A program made the translations under genes and the position numbers. 64,000 nt of DNA from an uncultured Pseudomonadota bacterium. GTDB lineage: Bacteria; Myxococcota_A; Polyangia; Fen-1088. Every line of letters starts with the position of its first letter. Positions within the stretch are counted from its first letter, which is position 1. Shown piece by piece: positions 27,501 through 40,240 of the stretch. Below the pieces are notes generated by a model. The model ran no database searches, was not told the origin of the DNA, and saw only the letters and a list, made by a program, of their open reading frames with translations. The stretch covers positions 735,205 to 799,204 of the forward strand of contig CAVZYM010000004.1 in the NCBI GenBank assembly GCA_963779495.1. Reading direction: 5' to 3'.

Positions 27501-28557
27501 CCGTGATCCTGACGGCGCCTTGACGACCTCGGCGGCCACCGAGGTCGTATCCTCCATCGCGCAGCTTTTCCCATCGTCGACGGGGATCCAGACAGCCCTG
27601 GTCGGAGCGTTGGGAGCAGTCGTCGAAGAAGGGTCAAGATTCGGGAATGGTCCGCGCGCCGAGGCCGCTGCGCGAGCCGCCGAGAACGTCGCGAGGCGGT
27701 TTCCCGACCATCTGCCAATGCAACACCAACGTGCCAATGCGTGGACATCCCTCGTCGAAGCCCGCGCTCACAATCCGCAGAAACGCCCGAACGCCGTGTC
27801 CGTGGCAACAGTTGTGGATCGGATCGCTGCGCCGTTTCCGACTGCTGCCAAGATTCAGCTAGAAAGAGCGAAAACCTGGCGACTGGTGGTCTATGCGAGG
27901 GCACACCTGGCAGACCAACGGTCACAAGTCGAGTCGACAGCGCGGCTAGTCGACGCCATCTGCGAGCCCTTCGCGGAGTCTGCCGAGTTCCAACTCGAGC
28001 GGGCTCAAGCATGGTGCACCGTTGCCTTCGCATCTTCCTTCGAGTCGAATCCAATGGCGCTCTTGGACACAGCCACAAAGACCGTCGACGCCATAGTTGA
28101 ACGCTTCCCCAATCACTCCAAGCTTCTCCGCGAGCGCGCGGAGACTTGGCGTTGGGCGGCCGTCGCTCTCAGTGAGGTAAAAGGCATGGAGAACGCGGTG
28201 GCGGTCGTCGATACCATCGCTGCGCAGCTCCCAGACGATCCTTTCATGCAGCTTGAAAGAGCTCTCGCGTGGCAACGAATGGCCTACGCCCGCTTGCACA
28301 AGACGGATCAACTAGCACTGACTGAGGCAGCTGTGGTCGTCGTGGACACGATCGGCCAGAACTTTCCCCAAGTTGAAGCTATTCAAGACGCCCGAGCGGA
28401 GGCCTGGAAAATGGCCGCAGAGGCGGGGAGAAGGTCGGGCAACCAGGCAGCGGAAATGCGCGCGATGCAGCGGCTGTTCGAGGCCAACGCGCGGTTCACG
28501 TCGGCCAACGTCGACACCTCATCGCCGCCGGCGAGCGCCGCTCGTTCCAAGAAATAG
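24529..28557 (+). CDS. Membrane-anchored NB-ARC/STAND-like P-loop NTPase with C-terminal helical-repeat array (1342 aa)
   Basis: Intact ORF.
- TM helices: two predicted, at about aa 20-45 (ATIIGTASAGALSVALFLVVL) and about 66-88 (WGFWGFLTVSLGISLVFY).
- NTPase motifs: Walker A GPNGSGKS (25042-25065), Walker B FLILDD (25303-25320), RLVIVDQ, and a GLPL-like GSPMLLALA (25660-25680).
- Repeats: about 11 degenerate ~44-aa repeats over about 26958-28500, with consensus A..VD.I...FP....Q.ERA.AW....YA.
- Composition: lower GC than the flanks. Confidence 0.85.
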   Translation: MADEPLRYCRDESTAAEARRAALATIIGTASAGALSVALFLVVLRFPAFGAKYAQIAESLGFPNTAKKLPWGFWGFLTVSLGISLVFYKSRVVRRWDFLLFSPFDSETLEPVTRYTGLLGWHMPEEGPTRDAWNALRSWALMGIAELDVQAFRRRESGRRTQDPFSWTILLGPNGSGKSQLTKELGRDLGQRAILGDGVPRPGAPGRRRLRLRQWWHRVRGKTLENVPWDAGMVAKRGDRKDDHRLERLKTWLPRAPTFLILDDPPLTVCSKVIETLAARQDKYLFPVRLVIVDQFIPADLPVMKNTDRVGWHHSDAASVAFSPIFLAAPAFDVERFRKVLAQGYWVKEAKAPPILERDLPALYRYEDMERLVSAVDGSPMLLALATHWLRRRGRSVEMLLRGTLDIVAEEEKVFFGPTGEDLRALVSHRLVTERIEELYEGFKAVDLHQPHDKAALRKSIACATIADGISSRTARERFKLGGDDTDLHRVFADVPGTIETVPPVRPWLIGEHFVSKVEHDVYPGQTQGVDGLIREAWQIHPDGTLEALSRPGPLACRIARVIGDAPRPTDGATQLTQFTALAQHALFSSGDSLPRALAIAAEMSSLVVGEASAILERLTELNLRADGLSACALFCSLAARRLETEKVAGEELFSRIQTLLRRAPDGILHEDAAPQINALETAFRAIARRLAERLAPVETIEEVEVRLLQFNKSILRYLPKSLIRHWAEALAENARQPVSQAERFEMESILAFSLAAAETGDADTCETNVKRIERLLASWTFEPSIAARIRATAQRHVVTAHAEGPDGGTAAGLAISVLDEIVRPWPEHPDVQRELAKAWRNTAVSYSNIPNNPAKTELAAIMVDAIAGRFPWDQEIQQTRARTWSAVAYARSQVSLPKASSVEAAALVVDSIGPIPPQDDWSVAEQTDAWASVGYAATEDESLTPSEARASAEHAARKVDEIARDRLREYWLQCHRADAWTFVSATRSRHRDPDGALTTSAATEVVSSIAQLFPSSTGIQTALVGALGAVVEEGSRFGNGPRAEAAARAAENVARRFPDHLPMQHQRANAWTSLVEARAHNPQKRPNAVSVATVVDRIAAPFPTAAKIQLERAKTWRLVVYARAHLADQRSQVESTARLVDAICEPFAESAEFQLERAQAWCTVAFASSFESNPMALLDTATKTVDAIVERFPNHSKLLRERAETWRWAAVALSEVKGMENAVAVVDTIAAQLPDDPFMQLERALAWQRMAYARLHKTDQLALTEAAVVVVDTIGQNFPQVEAIQDARAEAWKMAAEAGRRSGNQAAEMRAMQRLFEANARFTSANVDTSSPPASAARSKK

Positions 28558-28596
28558 CCGTCGCGCAGGATGCCGCGGCCTTCAGCAGGCACTGCG

Positions 28597-28619
28597 GCCC
28601 AGGAACAGCGATCCTGGGC
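28597..28619 (+). terminator. Perfect 8-bp stem hairpin downstream of the NTPase gene (possible terminator)
   Basis: gcccagga-acagcga-tcctgggc, 40 nt after stop 28557. No U-tract. Confidence 0.3.
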
Positions 28620-28690
28620 GCTGGCTCAGGACATCTCGGCCGACTACTTCATTCGTACCGGGCGCCGCCCCTAACCTGCCGAAAACGTTG

Positions 28691-28767
<77 letters not shown>

Positions 28768-28777
28768 TCTGCGCCCT

Positions 28778-29557
28778 TCATCTATCGGACCGCGCCGGGG
28801 GTGTCAAGGTATCGAGCGCGTGGGGACGGTGGACCTGGACGTCCAGCTCGTGCGCGTAATGGACCAGCGCGGGCGGCCCATCCGGAGGTGGCAGGCCGGC
28901 AGCGAGAAACAGGCTCTCCTCGAGGTCGCTCGCCTCGGCGAGCTGCAAGGGATACGGCCGGTGCGCGACGCGGGCGGTGCGCAGCGCGCGGCCGTTCCAG
29001 GCGTAGAGCAGGTAGCGCTCGGCGAGGAAGAATTCGCGGCTGCCTGGGGCCGCCGGCGCCGGTGGACCGGTCGGGCGGCAGCGCCCGCGAAAGGCCGCCG
29101 GCGCGCCAGGGGAGAGACGGCGGCTGGCGTAGTCGACCGCGCCTTCCGTCACCGCCATCGTCATCTCGGCCGCAAAGTACGGCAGCCGGTAGGCGCAGCG
29201 CGCCCCGGCGACGGCGAGCCGGCTGGCGGCGTCGAGGCTGAAGAACCAGATGCCCGGGTCGCGCCCGCCGCGATGGACGTAGGTACGCAGGTTGGTCTCG
29301 TGGAAGGCCGGTGCGATCGGCAGCCCCGCGCGCGGCGTGCGTGACAGCGGGATCGTGAACGGCACCAGGCCGACGTACGCGACGCCCTCGAACGTGTCGA
29401 CGTCCAGCCCGGGTGGCAGCCGCGCCGCGAGCGCCTCGACCGCGACCGGCCAGTGCAGGAACGTCAGGTGGCGCCAGATCTGGCGCATCACCGGCCGCTC
29501 GGCGGGCGGTGTCCGCAGCCGCTCGCGCTCGAGGTCGCTGGGGAGCCCCGCGGTCAT
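28778..29557 (-). CDS. DUF2071 (YqjF-like) family protein
   Basis: Start MTAGLPSDLERERL. Motifs WRHLTFLHWPV, LPPGLDVDTFEGVAYVGLVPF, FHETNLRTYV. The ATG overlaps the upstream gene's stop (ATGA at 29554-29557). Confidence 0.8.
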   Translation of the reverse strand: MTAGLPSDLERERLRTPPAERPVMRQIWRHLTFLHWPVAVEALAARLPPGLDVDTFEGVAYVGLVPFTIPLSRTPRAGLPIAPAFHETNLRTYVHRGGRDPGIWFFSLDAASRLAVAGARCAYRLPYFAAEMTMAVTEGAVDYASRRLSPGAPAAFRGRCRPTGPPAPAAPGSREFFLAERYLLYAWNGRALRTARVAHRPYPLQLAEASDLEESLFLAAGLPPPDGPPALVHYAHELDVQVHRPHALDTLTPPARSDR

Positions 29558-30799
29558 CCGTTGTCGGTTGGCGCCCCGGCGCGCTCGAAGCGCGCCACCA
29601 CCTCGACGTGAAACGTCTGCGGCATCAGGTCCAGCGCCACCGCGTCGGTCAGGTGAAAGCCTGCCGCCTCCAGCACGCGCGCGTCGCGCCCCAGCGTCTG
29701 CGGATCGCACGACACGTAGACGATCCGCCGGCGCGCGCGCCGGGCCGCGGCCAGGTGGACGCGATCGGCCCCTTCGCGCGGCGGATCGAGGACGACGGTG
29801 TCGGGCGTGACATCGGCCGGCGGGCGCGCGGCCCAGGTCGCCCCCGGGGCATTGCGCCGGCCGCGCGCCACCGCCGCTGGCATCGCCGTCGGAGGCGTAC
29901 ACCGCGGGCGAGCGCCCGAGCAGGTGGCGGGTGAAGTTGCCGCTGCCGGCGTAGAGCTCGACCACCGTCCCCGGCGCGTCGCCGACCGCGGTCATCACCG
30001 CGCCGACCAGCGCGGCGTTCGCGGCCCGGCCGACCTGCGCGAACCCCCCGCCGGCACCGCCAGCGGCGGGCTCCCCGGCTCGGCGACGTCGACCTCCGCG
30101 CGCCCCTGGAGGGGCTTTCCCGCCATCGCGACACCCGACGATCGGTCCGCGGTGGTGGCGCCAAGCTCCCGGCGGGCATGCGCGGCGCTGGTCGGGTCGG
30201 CGCGCAGCGACATTCACGTGGACGCCCTCGGCGCCGGCTTGCACCTCCAGCTCGACGCCGGGCGCGAAGCCCGCGCGCCGCCGCGCGCAGCAGCGGCAGC
30301 GCCCGGGCCAGCTCGGGGCCGAACAGCGGGCAGGCGGGCACGTCGACGATGTCGTGGCTGCGGCGGGCCCGGAACCCTAGCGTTCCGCCGGCGCCGACGG
30401 CGAGCTTGGCGCGATCGCGGTAGCCGAACGGCGGACCGGCTGTGATGACGGGCGGCAGCTCGCGTTTGAGCGCCCGCGCGACGATCGCCCGCTTGGCCTC
30501 CTCCTGCGCCGCGATCGTCGCCTGCTGCCACTGGCAGCCGCCGCAGCTCCCGAACAGCGGACACGGGGGCGGCACGCGCACCGGGCTCGGGCGCTCGATC
30601 GCCGTCAGCTCGCCCCAGGCGACCGCCCCTGCGCACGCTCGATGCGCACGCGCACCCGCTCGCCGGGCGCCGCCAGCGCCACGAACGTCACACGCCCGTC
30701 GTCGGGCCCCGCCGCTCCCCTCGGGATCGCGCTGGCGCCCCACCGCGTCGCCGCCCGGGCGCCAGCGACTCGATCTCGACCGTGACGTCGCCGCGACAC
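29554..30799 (-). pseudogene. TRAM-domain 23S rRNA/tRNA (uracil-5)-methyltransferase (RlmD/TrmA family), frameshifted
   Basis: Fragments lie in three frames: DGRVTFVALAAPGERVRVRIERAQG (TRAM), CPLFGSCGGCQWQ (Fe-S cluster Cys), VVELYAGSGNFT (SAM site), VVLDPPREGA, IVYVSCDPQTLGRD, LDLMPQTFHVEVV. Confidence 0.75.
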
Positions 30800-30805
30800 C
30801 GCGGG

Positions 30806-31676
30806 CTACGGGAACGGCTGGGCGACGCGCCCGCGTTCCAGGATGAAGTCGAAGTAGCCATCGAGCATCCCGCCCAGGCGGGGATCGGGCCGCGGCTTGC
30901 TGTCCTCGTCCGCCCGCCGTACGGCGTCGTCCTCGAGCTCGACGTGGAAGTTCGCCCACAGCCGCTCGCCGAAGTTCACCTTGAAGTCGGCCCCGAATCC
31001 TGTCGCGCAGGGCGGGCTCGCGATCGGCCTGACTCGCGCTGCCGAATTCGATCAACTCCATCCAGCCGAAGCGTCCGATCCCGACCACCGGCACCATCGG
31101 ACAGGTGGAGAGCGGGACCAGCCAGGCTTTCGTGTAGCCCTCGGTCGAGAAGTGGATGCGCGGCCGCGGCCCATACGTCGACACCCCCGCGTCGACCGAC
31201 ATCCCGGCATCGGGGTCGGTGGTGGCGGCGCTCCAGTCGCACCACGGGATCGCGTCCTCGCCGGCCACCGCCACCCGCCCGTTCATCGTGTTGATCATCT
31301 CGGTGTCCCAGTCGGGCGACCCGTTGTTCGTCCGCCCGCGAACGCAGCGGGCGACCTCGAACGAGTTCTCGATGTCGAACTTCAAGGTGTCGTTGTCTTC
31401 CTGGCCGGTGCCGTGGCGCTGCATGCGCATGCGCAGCCGGTTCTTGTGCGCCCCCTGCCCGATGTCCTCGATCGGGTCGCCGGCGAAGAACGTCGGCTTC
31501 AGGTGGTACTCGACCGGATTGGCCGCGGTGCCGTAGTCCACCACCTTGTCGTTGCTCTCCTTGCAGCCGAGGATCCAGAGCTGGCCGTCGGCCGTCCCCG
31601 TTCCGTCGCCGACCGTACAGCCGCCGGCGCCGAGCAGGGCCGCCATGCCGATTCCGAATAACGCCACGGGTCGCAT
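30806..31676 (-). pseudogene. Hypothetical lipoprotein, one frameshift near 31000
   Basis: MRPVALFGIGMAALLGAGGCTVG (lipobox). The body lies in the frame of track ORF 29649-32699. The C-terminal part (FGADFKVNFGERLWANFHVELEDD...GRVAQPFP, stop 30806-30808) is in another frame. Confidence 0.55.
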
Positions 31677-31744
31677 ATCGAGCCCCTCGAATGTCCCATA
31701 GCCACGACACGGGGGCCACTTCCCTCCCCGGTCGGTGCTTGCCG

Positions 31745-32540
31745 TCACGCGCGGGCGCACGCGCACCGGCGCGCCGCGGGCGGCGCCGATGCGCTCGGCC
31801 GCCGAGCCATCGCGGCGCGCGATCTCGAGCTGGCCGCCGCTGCCGACGTAGGCGATGAGCGCCCCCGACGCGACGTCCGAGAACGTGCGCCCGAACGCCG
31901 GGCTCGAACCGCCCCTCGGTCCCCTCGACCTCGATCGCACTCGGCGCCGGCCCGGCGAGAGCAGCGCTCGGCGGGCAGCGACGTGATGAGGTTGCCGAAG
32001 CCGTCGATGTGGATCACCTCGCCCCTCGACGACGCCGCCCTGCTTGTGCGAGCGGCGGCGGCGCCTGAGCTCGAACATGTCGTCGAGCAGCGGGCCGGCG
32101 GCGTCGATCGCGGCGCGCCCGCCGCCAGGCGCCCGGCGGTCGGCGCGAACACGTCGCGGCCGTGGAAGGTCGGGCTGACCGGCTCGCGCCGGAACGCCGC
32201 CGCTTCGATGCGCGTAGATCCGCCGTGGCGGCCGCGCGGCCAGGCGACAGCACGCCGTTGTCCGGCCCGACGAACAGCTGCCCGCCCGCCGCGACCACGA
32301 TGTCGGCGCGCTCGCCGCCGACGCCGGGATCGACGACCGCGACGTGGATCGTCCCCGGCGGGAACAGCGGCGCGGCCTGGGCCAGCGCGACCGCGCCCGG
32401 CGGCGACGTCCTGCGGGGGAACCCCGTGGGTGATGTCGACCAGCTGGGCCTGCGGCGCCATCGACAGCACGACGCCCTTCATCGCGCCCGGCATAGCCGT
32501 CGCCGGCGCCGAAGTCGGTCGTGAACGTGACGATCGGCAA
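31745..32540 (-). pseudogene. SAM hydroxide adenosyltransferase / chlorinase-fluorinase-like (DUF62) protein, frameshifted
   Basis: TTG 32540 gives PIVTFTTDFGAGDGYAG. Other frames carry [68 protein letters not shown] and LIAYVGSGGQLEIA. The 3' end is uncertain. Confidence 0.7.
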
Positions 32541-32605
32541 TGCCGGCGCGAGTATGTCACGCGGCCAGCCGTTACGCATGCCGGCGGCCGGGTTATCATT
32601 TCGCC

Positions 32606-33311
32606 ATGGACAAGACCGTTGCCGAGCGCCGACGAGGCGGTCGCCGACATCTTCGACGGGCGCGACGTTGATGGCGGGCGGCTTCGGCCTGTGCGGCATC
32701 CCCGAGAACCTGATCGCCGCGCATCCGCCGCAAGGGGACCAAGGACCTGACCATCATCTCGAACAACTGCGGCATCGACGGCAAGGGGCTCGGCATCCTG
32801 CTGGCGAACGGCAGGTCAGGAAGATGATCGGCCAGCTACGTCGGCGAGAACAAGACCTTCGAGCGGCTGTTCCTGGACGGCAAGCTGGAGGTCGAGCTGA
32901 TCCCGCAGGGGACGCTGGCCGAGCGCATCCGGGCCGGCGGCGCCGGCATCCCGGCGTTCTTCACCGCGACCGGCTACGGCACCGTGGTCGCCGACGGCAA
33001 GGAGACGCGCGAGTTCGACGGGCGCCACTACGTGCTCGAGCGCGCGCTGACGGCCGACTTCGCGCTCGTCAAGGCCTGGAAGGGCGACCGCTTCGGCAAC
33101 CTCGTCTACCGGAAGACGGCGCGCAACTTCAACCCGATGATGGCGGCCGCCGCGCAGCGTGACGATCGCCGAGGTCGAGGAGCTGGTCGAGCCCGGCGAG
33201 CTCGACCCCGACCAGGTCCACACGCCCGGCATCTACGTGCAGCGCATCCTCAAGGGCGCCGGCTACGAGAAGCCGATCGAGCAACGCACGGTCAGCAAGC
33301 GGAGCGCCTAG
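32606..33311 (+). pseudogene. scoA: 3-oxoacid CoA-transferase subunit A, frameshifted
   Basis: ATG 32606 (MDK...), then fragments ADEAVADIFDG, ATLMAGGFGLCGIPENLIAA, QVRKMI, and [51 protein letters not shown] in different frames. TAG at 33309-33311. Confidence 0.8.
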
Positions 33312-33313
33312 CC

Positions 33314-33983
33314 ATGCCGCCGCCTCACCCGCGAACAGATCGCCACGCGCGCCGCCCAGGAGCTGCGCGACGGCATGTACGTCAACCTGGGCATCGGCAT
33401 GCCGACGCTGGTGGCCAACTACATCCCCGCCGGGATCGACGTCATCCTGCAGTCGGAGAACGGCATGCTCGGGCATCGGCCCGTTCCCCTACGAGGGCGA
33501 CGAGGATCCGGACCTCATCAACGCCGGCAAGCAGACGATCACCGAGGTGCCGGGCAGCGCGTACTTCTCGTCGGCCGATTCGTTCGCGATGATCCGCGGC
33601 GGCCACATCGACTGCGCGATCCTGGGCGCCATGCAGGTGGCGGAGAACGGCGACCTCGCCAACTGGATGATCCCCGGCAAGATGATCAAGGGGATGGGCG
33701 GCGCGATGGACCTGGTCGCCGCCGCCAAGCGCGTGATCGTGATGATGGAGCACGTCGCCAAGGGGGACGAGAAGAAGATCCTCAAGCGCTGCACGCTGCC
33801 GCTGACCGCCGTCGGCGCCGTGCACCGGATCATCACCGACCTGGCGGTGCATCGACGTGACGCCGGCCGGGCTCGCGCTGCGCGAGCGGGCGCCCGGCGT
33901 CTCCGTCGACGAGATCCAGGCCAAGACCGAGCCCGACGCTGATCGTCGCGCGGCGACGTCCCCGAGAGTCGCCGTCGGGCTGA
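33314..33983 (+). pseudogene. scoB: 3-oxoacid CoA-transferase subunit B, frameshifted
   Basis: [33 protein letters not shown], then [54 protein letters not shown] in another frame. Confidence 0.8.
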
Positions 33984-33986
33984 CGC

Positions 33987-35605
<1,619 letters not shown>

Positions 35606-35730
35606 GTCGTTTACGCGCGCGCCGGGCACCCGTGACCACGCTTTTGCGTTGCGCGCCGCGGGCGAAAGGAGTTAGCGTTGTTCACTGCCGCAGCGCTGCT
35701 TGCCTGCGCGTAACAGGGGATAACGGGACG

Positions 35731-36181
35731 ATGACGAAGTCTGATCTCATCGACGTGTTGTGTGAGACGCAGAAGCTGCCCAAGGGTCGGGCGGAGCTGC
35801 TGGTTCACATCATCTTCGAGGCGATGGAGGAGGCGCTGAAGCGGGGCGAGCGGATCGAGATCCGCGGCTTCGGCAGCTTCGAGATCCGCAACTACAGGTC
35901 GTACGAGGGGCGCAACCCGCGCACCGGTGTGGCCGTCGAGCGTGAAGCCGAAGCGCCTGCCGTTCTTCAAGGTCGGCAAGGAGCTGAAGGAGCGCGTGAA
36001 CGAGGGCGCGCGCCTCACCGGTCCGCGCAGGCGCGAAGCGCCTGACGCGCCGGAGCCGATCCGGGACAGCGACGGAACGCCGATCGCGGCGCCGGTGACG
36101 ACGACCGGTCCCGTTCCGGCCGACGCGGACGAGTCCGCCGAGAGCGGGCAGCCCGGCACGATCAACCGGGCGACCGCCTGA
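35731..36181 (+). pseudogene. ihfB: Integration host factor beta / HU-family DNA-binding protein with C-terminal extension, one frameshift near 35940
   Basis: MTKSDLIDVLCETQKLPKGRAELLVHIIFEAMEEALKRGERIEIRGFGSFEIRNYRSYEGRNPRTGVAVE, then PKRLPFFKVGKELKERVN in the frame of ORF 35927-36181. Confidence 0.8.
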
Positions 36182-37371
36182 ACGCCAGCAGCCGCCCCGG
36201 CGCGCGCAGGGCGTGACGCCCCAGCGCTGCGACCAGCTCATGCTTGCGGTCGGCGAGCACCTCGGACCCCGACACCCGCGCGGCGTAGAGCTCCTGCATC
36301 CGCCGGTCGAACAGGATCAGCGACAGCCACACGGGAAAAGCCCGCGGCGCGTAGAGCATCGCCGCCAGGCGCCCGTCCAGCGCCAGCTCGCGGCCGACGA
36401 CCGCCCCGGCCACCGCGCGCCCGTAGCGGGCGAAGCGGAAATCTCCGGAAGCGAGCGCGGCCGCGATCGCCTCCGCGGCGATGGATCCATGCTCGAGACC
36501 GACCGCGATCCCTTCACCCGTGAGGGCGTCGATCCCCGCGGCGTCCCCGACGCAGAGCAGGTGCGGTCCGGAGACCGCGCGCCGCCCCGCGGTAGCGCCA
36601 GGCCGGCCACCCGCGGGCCCCGTCCGGTAGCGTGATGCCATAGCCGGCGAGGGCATCGCGCAGCCGCTGCTCGATGGCCGCGCCCGACAGCTTCCGGGAC
36701 GGGTAGTGCATGGCGCCGACGTTCAGCCGATCGCCGGGGGCCGGGAACAGCCAGACGTAGCCGCGCAGCCCGTCGCGCATCGCCGAGAAGTCGTAGACCA
36801 TGCGCTCGCCGAGCAGCGCCGCCAGCCCGGCGGGCATCGCGATCTCGGCCTGGAACAGCCGCAGCGGCGGGCGGTTGTCGGCGGCCAGCGTCCGGCGGAC
36901 GCGGCTGCCGGCGCCGTCAGCCCCGACCAGCACCCGGGCCGTCAGCGCCCGGCCGGACGAGGTCGCGACGGTGACGCGGCTGGCGGCGGCGTCGACGGTG
37001 AACGACGCCAGCCCCTCCCCTTCCTGAACCTCGACGCCGCGCGCCCGCGCCTGCGCGACCAGGTCGGCGTCGAACTCCCGGCGTCGCACGACATCGACCG
37101 GACGGCCCAGCGCTACGTCGCGCTCGTGGCTGCCGTAGACGATGCGCCCCATCCGGCAGCCGACGTGCGCCACGCGCACCCCCAGCCCCAGCTTTGCCAG
37201 CGCGGCGTGGGCGTGCCCGGTCAACCCGCCGCCACAGGGCTTGTCGCGGGGAAAGCGGGCCTTGTCGAGGCAGAGTATCCGCGCCCCGGGCGCGCGCATC
37301 GCGAGCGCCACCGCCGTCGCGATCCCGGCCGGCCCCGCGCCGGCGATGATGACATCGCGGTCGGTCGTCAC
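36162..37371 (-). pseudogene. FAD-dependent oxidoreductase (geranylgeranyl-reductase family), one frameshift near 36590
   Basis: DVIIAGAGPAGIATAVALA (dinucleotide fold), CGGGLT, VGADGAGSRVRR. The C-terminal part (LLCVGDAAGIDALTGEGI) is in ORF 36162-36656. Confidence 0.75.
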
Positions 37372-37397
37372 GGCGTCACGCGCGGGTGCGGGGTTCC

Positions 37398-38066
37398 TTA
37401 CAGCGAGACCGAGAGGCGGCCGTTGATGCTGAAGACGACGCGGCCGCTCGGCACGCCCGACCCCGACGCGACCTTCACCGTCGTCGAAGCGATGAACGTG
37501 AACGGCATCGACAGGTCGTGCGTGAAGGTCTTGAACACCGCCCCCGCATTGGACGCGAGCTGCACCTGGCCGTTCGTCGTCTGCCCCGCCGGAACCGACG
37601 GGACCGTTCCGAACAGCATCGCGCGCGGATCGGCCGGATCCGTCACGCCGGCCGGCGCCATGTAGAGCAACACCGGCGGAAGGTCGACGTTCAGCGTGTT
37701 GGTCGTGACCGCAAATCCGATTCGATCTATCGAGATGTCGACGGCACCGGTCACGCCCCCCAGCTCGGCGCCTCCTGCCCCAGGTTCATCTCGGTGCTCT
37801 GGGTGACCGCGACGACGGCCGTGCAGACGCCGCCCTCGCAGATGAACGGCGACGTCGATGCACTGCTCATCGGTCGTGCACGGAATCGCGATCGAGTTGT
37901 CGGCCGGAAGGTCGAAGCCCGTGGCGTTGAACTCGTACGACCGCGTCGGCAGCTCGACCCCGACGCTCGTGATGTCGGTATCGATGAGGCCGCAGCCGGC
38001 CACCGCCAGCAGCGCAACCCCGAGGCGAACCATCTGTCGGCGCTGCAGGGGGGACGACATACCCAT
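37398..38066 (-). CDS. Hypothetical lipoprotein with an internal out-of-frame segment
   Basis: Lipobox LLAVAGCG. The ORF stays open, but about 37755-37860 reads as an Arg/Gly-rich stretch while the alternative frame (ORF 37751-38017) gives SPFICEGGVCTAVVAVTQSTEMNLGQEAPS. Confidence 0.5.
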   Translation of the reverse strand: MGMSSPLQRRQMVRLGVALLAVAGCGLIDTDITSVGVELPTRSYEFNATGFDLPADNSIAIPCTTDEQCIDVAVHLRGRRLHGRRRGHPEHRDEPGAGGAELGGVTGAVDISIDRIGFAVTTNTLNVDLPPVLLYMAPAGVTDPADPRAMLFGTVPSVPAGQTTNGQVQLASNAGAVFKTFTHDLSMPFTFIASTTVKVASGSGVPSGRVVFSINGRLSVSL

Positions 38067-38073
38067 CAGTCTA

Positions 38074-39033
<960 letters not shown>

Positions 39034-39062
39034 CGCCGACGCTGCCCGCGCTCGCCGCGCCG

Positions 39063-40240
39063 CTACTCGCCGCCCTCTGCCGCCATCCGCAGGAGCTCGC
39101 GCGCGATCACCATCTTCTGCACCTCGTTGGTCCCCTCGCCGATCTCCGCCAGCTTGGCGTCGCGCAGGTAGCGCTCGACGTCGAACTCGCGCGTGTAGCC
39201 GTAGCCGCCGTGGATCTGGACGGCGGCGTTGCAGGCGCGCATCGTCGCCCGCGCCGCGTAGTACTTGGCGATCGACGACTCGCGCGTCGTGCGTCCGCCC
39301 TTGGTCCTGCATCCAGGCCGCGCGCCACACCAGCAGCCGCGCGGCGTCCAGCTCGGTCGCCATGTCGGCCAGCATGTGCTGGATCGGCCTGGAACTCGGC
39401 GATCGGCTTGCCGAACTGCACCCGCTCCTTGGCGTAGCGGCGCGCCGCCTCGAACGCCGCCCGGCCGATGCCGACCGCCCAGGCGCCGATGCCGATGCGC
39501 CCCTTGTCGAGGATCTTCAGCGTGTCGAAGAAGCCGTCGTCGATCTCGCCCAGCCGCTGCTCGTCGGGGACCTCGACGTCCTCCAGCACCAGCTCGGTGG
39601 TGTCCGAGGCGTGCAGGCCCATCTTCTCGATGCTTGCTTGCCGGTGCGGAAGCCGGGCGTGCCCCGCTCGACGATGAACGCGGTCAGCCCCTTGGCCTTC
39701 TTCTCGGGGCTGGTCGAGGCCAGCACGACGTAGATCGATCGCCGACCGAGCCCTGGGTGATGAAGGTCTTGGTGCCGTTGATGATCCAGCTCGTTCGACG
39801 CCGTTGCGCACCGCGCGCGTGCGCGCCGCGCCCGCGTCCGAGCCCGAGCCCGGCTCGGTCAGTCCCCAGGCCCCCAGCACCTTGCCCGCTCGCCAGCCGC
39901 GGCAGGTACTTCTGGCGCTGGGCCTCGTTGCCGGCCAGGTAGATGTGCCCGGTGCACAGCGAGTTGTGCGAGGCCATCGTCAGCCCGACCGAGGCGTCGG
40001 CGCGGGCCACCTCCTCCAGCGCGACGACGTAGTCGTGGAACTTCATCCCGGCGCCGCCGTACGCCTCGGGGATCTGCATCCCCAGGAGGCCCATCTCGCC
40101 CATCGCGGGGATGATCTCGTGCGGGAAGCGTCTCCTCCTCGTCCCAGCGGCGCGCGTTGGGGATGATCAGCGCGCTCGCACAGCTCGCGCACGGACGCCT
40201 GCAGCACGCGTTGGTCGTCGGTCAGCTCGAAGTCGATCAT
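39063..40240 (-). pseudogene. Acyl-CoA dehydrogenase, frameshifted
   Basis: MIDFELTDDQRVLQASVRE, MGLLGMQIPEAYGGAG, GAWGLTEPGSGSDAG, SWIINGTKTFITQGS, FGKPIAEFQ, and the C-terminal EIGEGTNEVQKMVIAREL (read by translating the minus strand). Confidence 0.85.

Noticed and set aside
29649-32699. A 1016-aa ORF on the minus strand that looks like one giant gene.
   Set aside because: It is a chimera. The frame happens to stay open across parts of three unrelated genes (RlmD-like methyltransferase, lipoprotein, DUF62 protein) and through out-of-frame stretches. Only segments of it carry real protein sequence.
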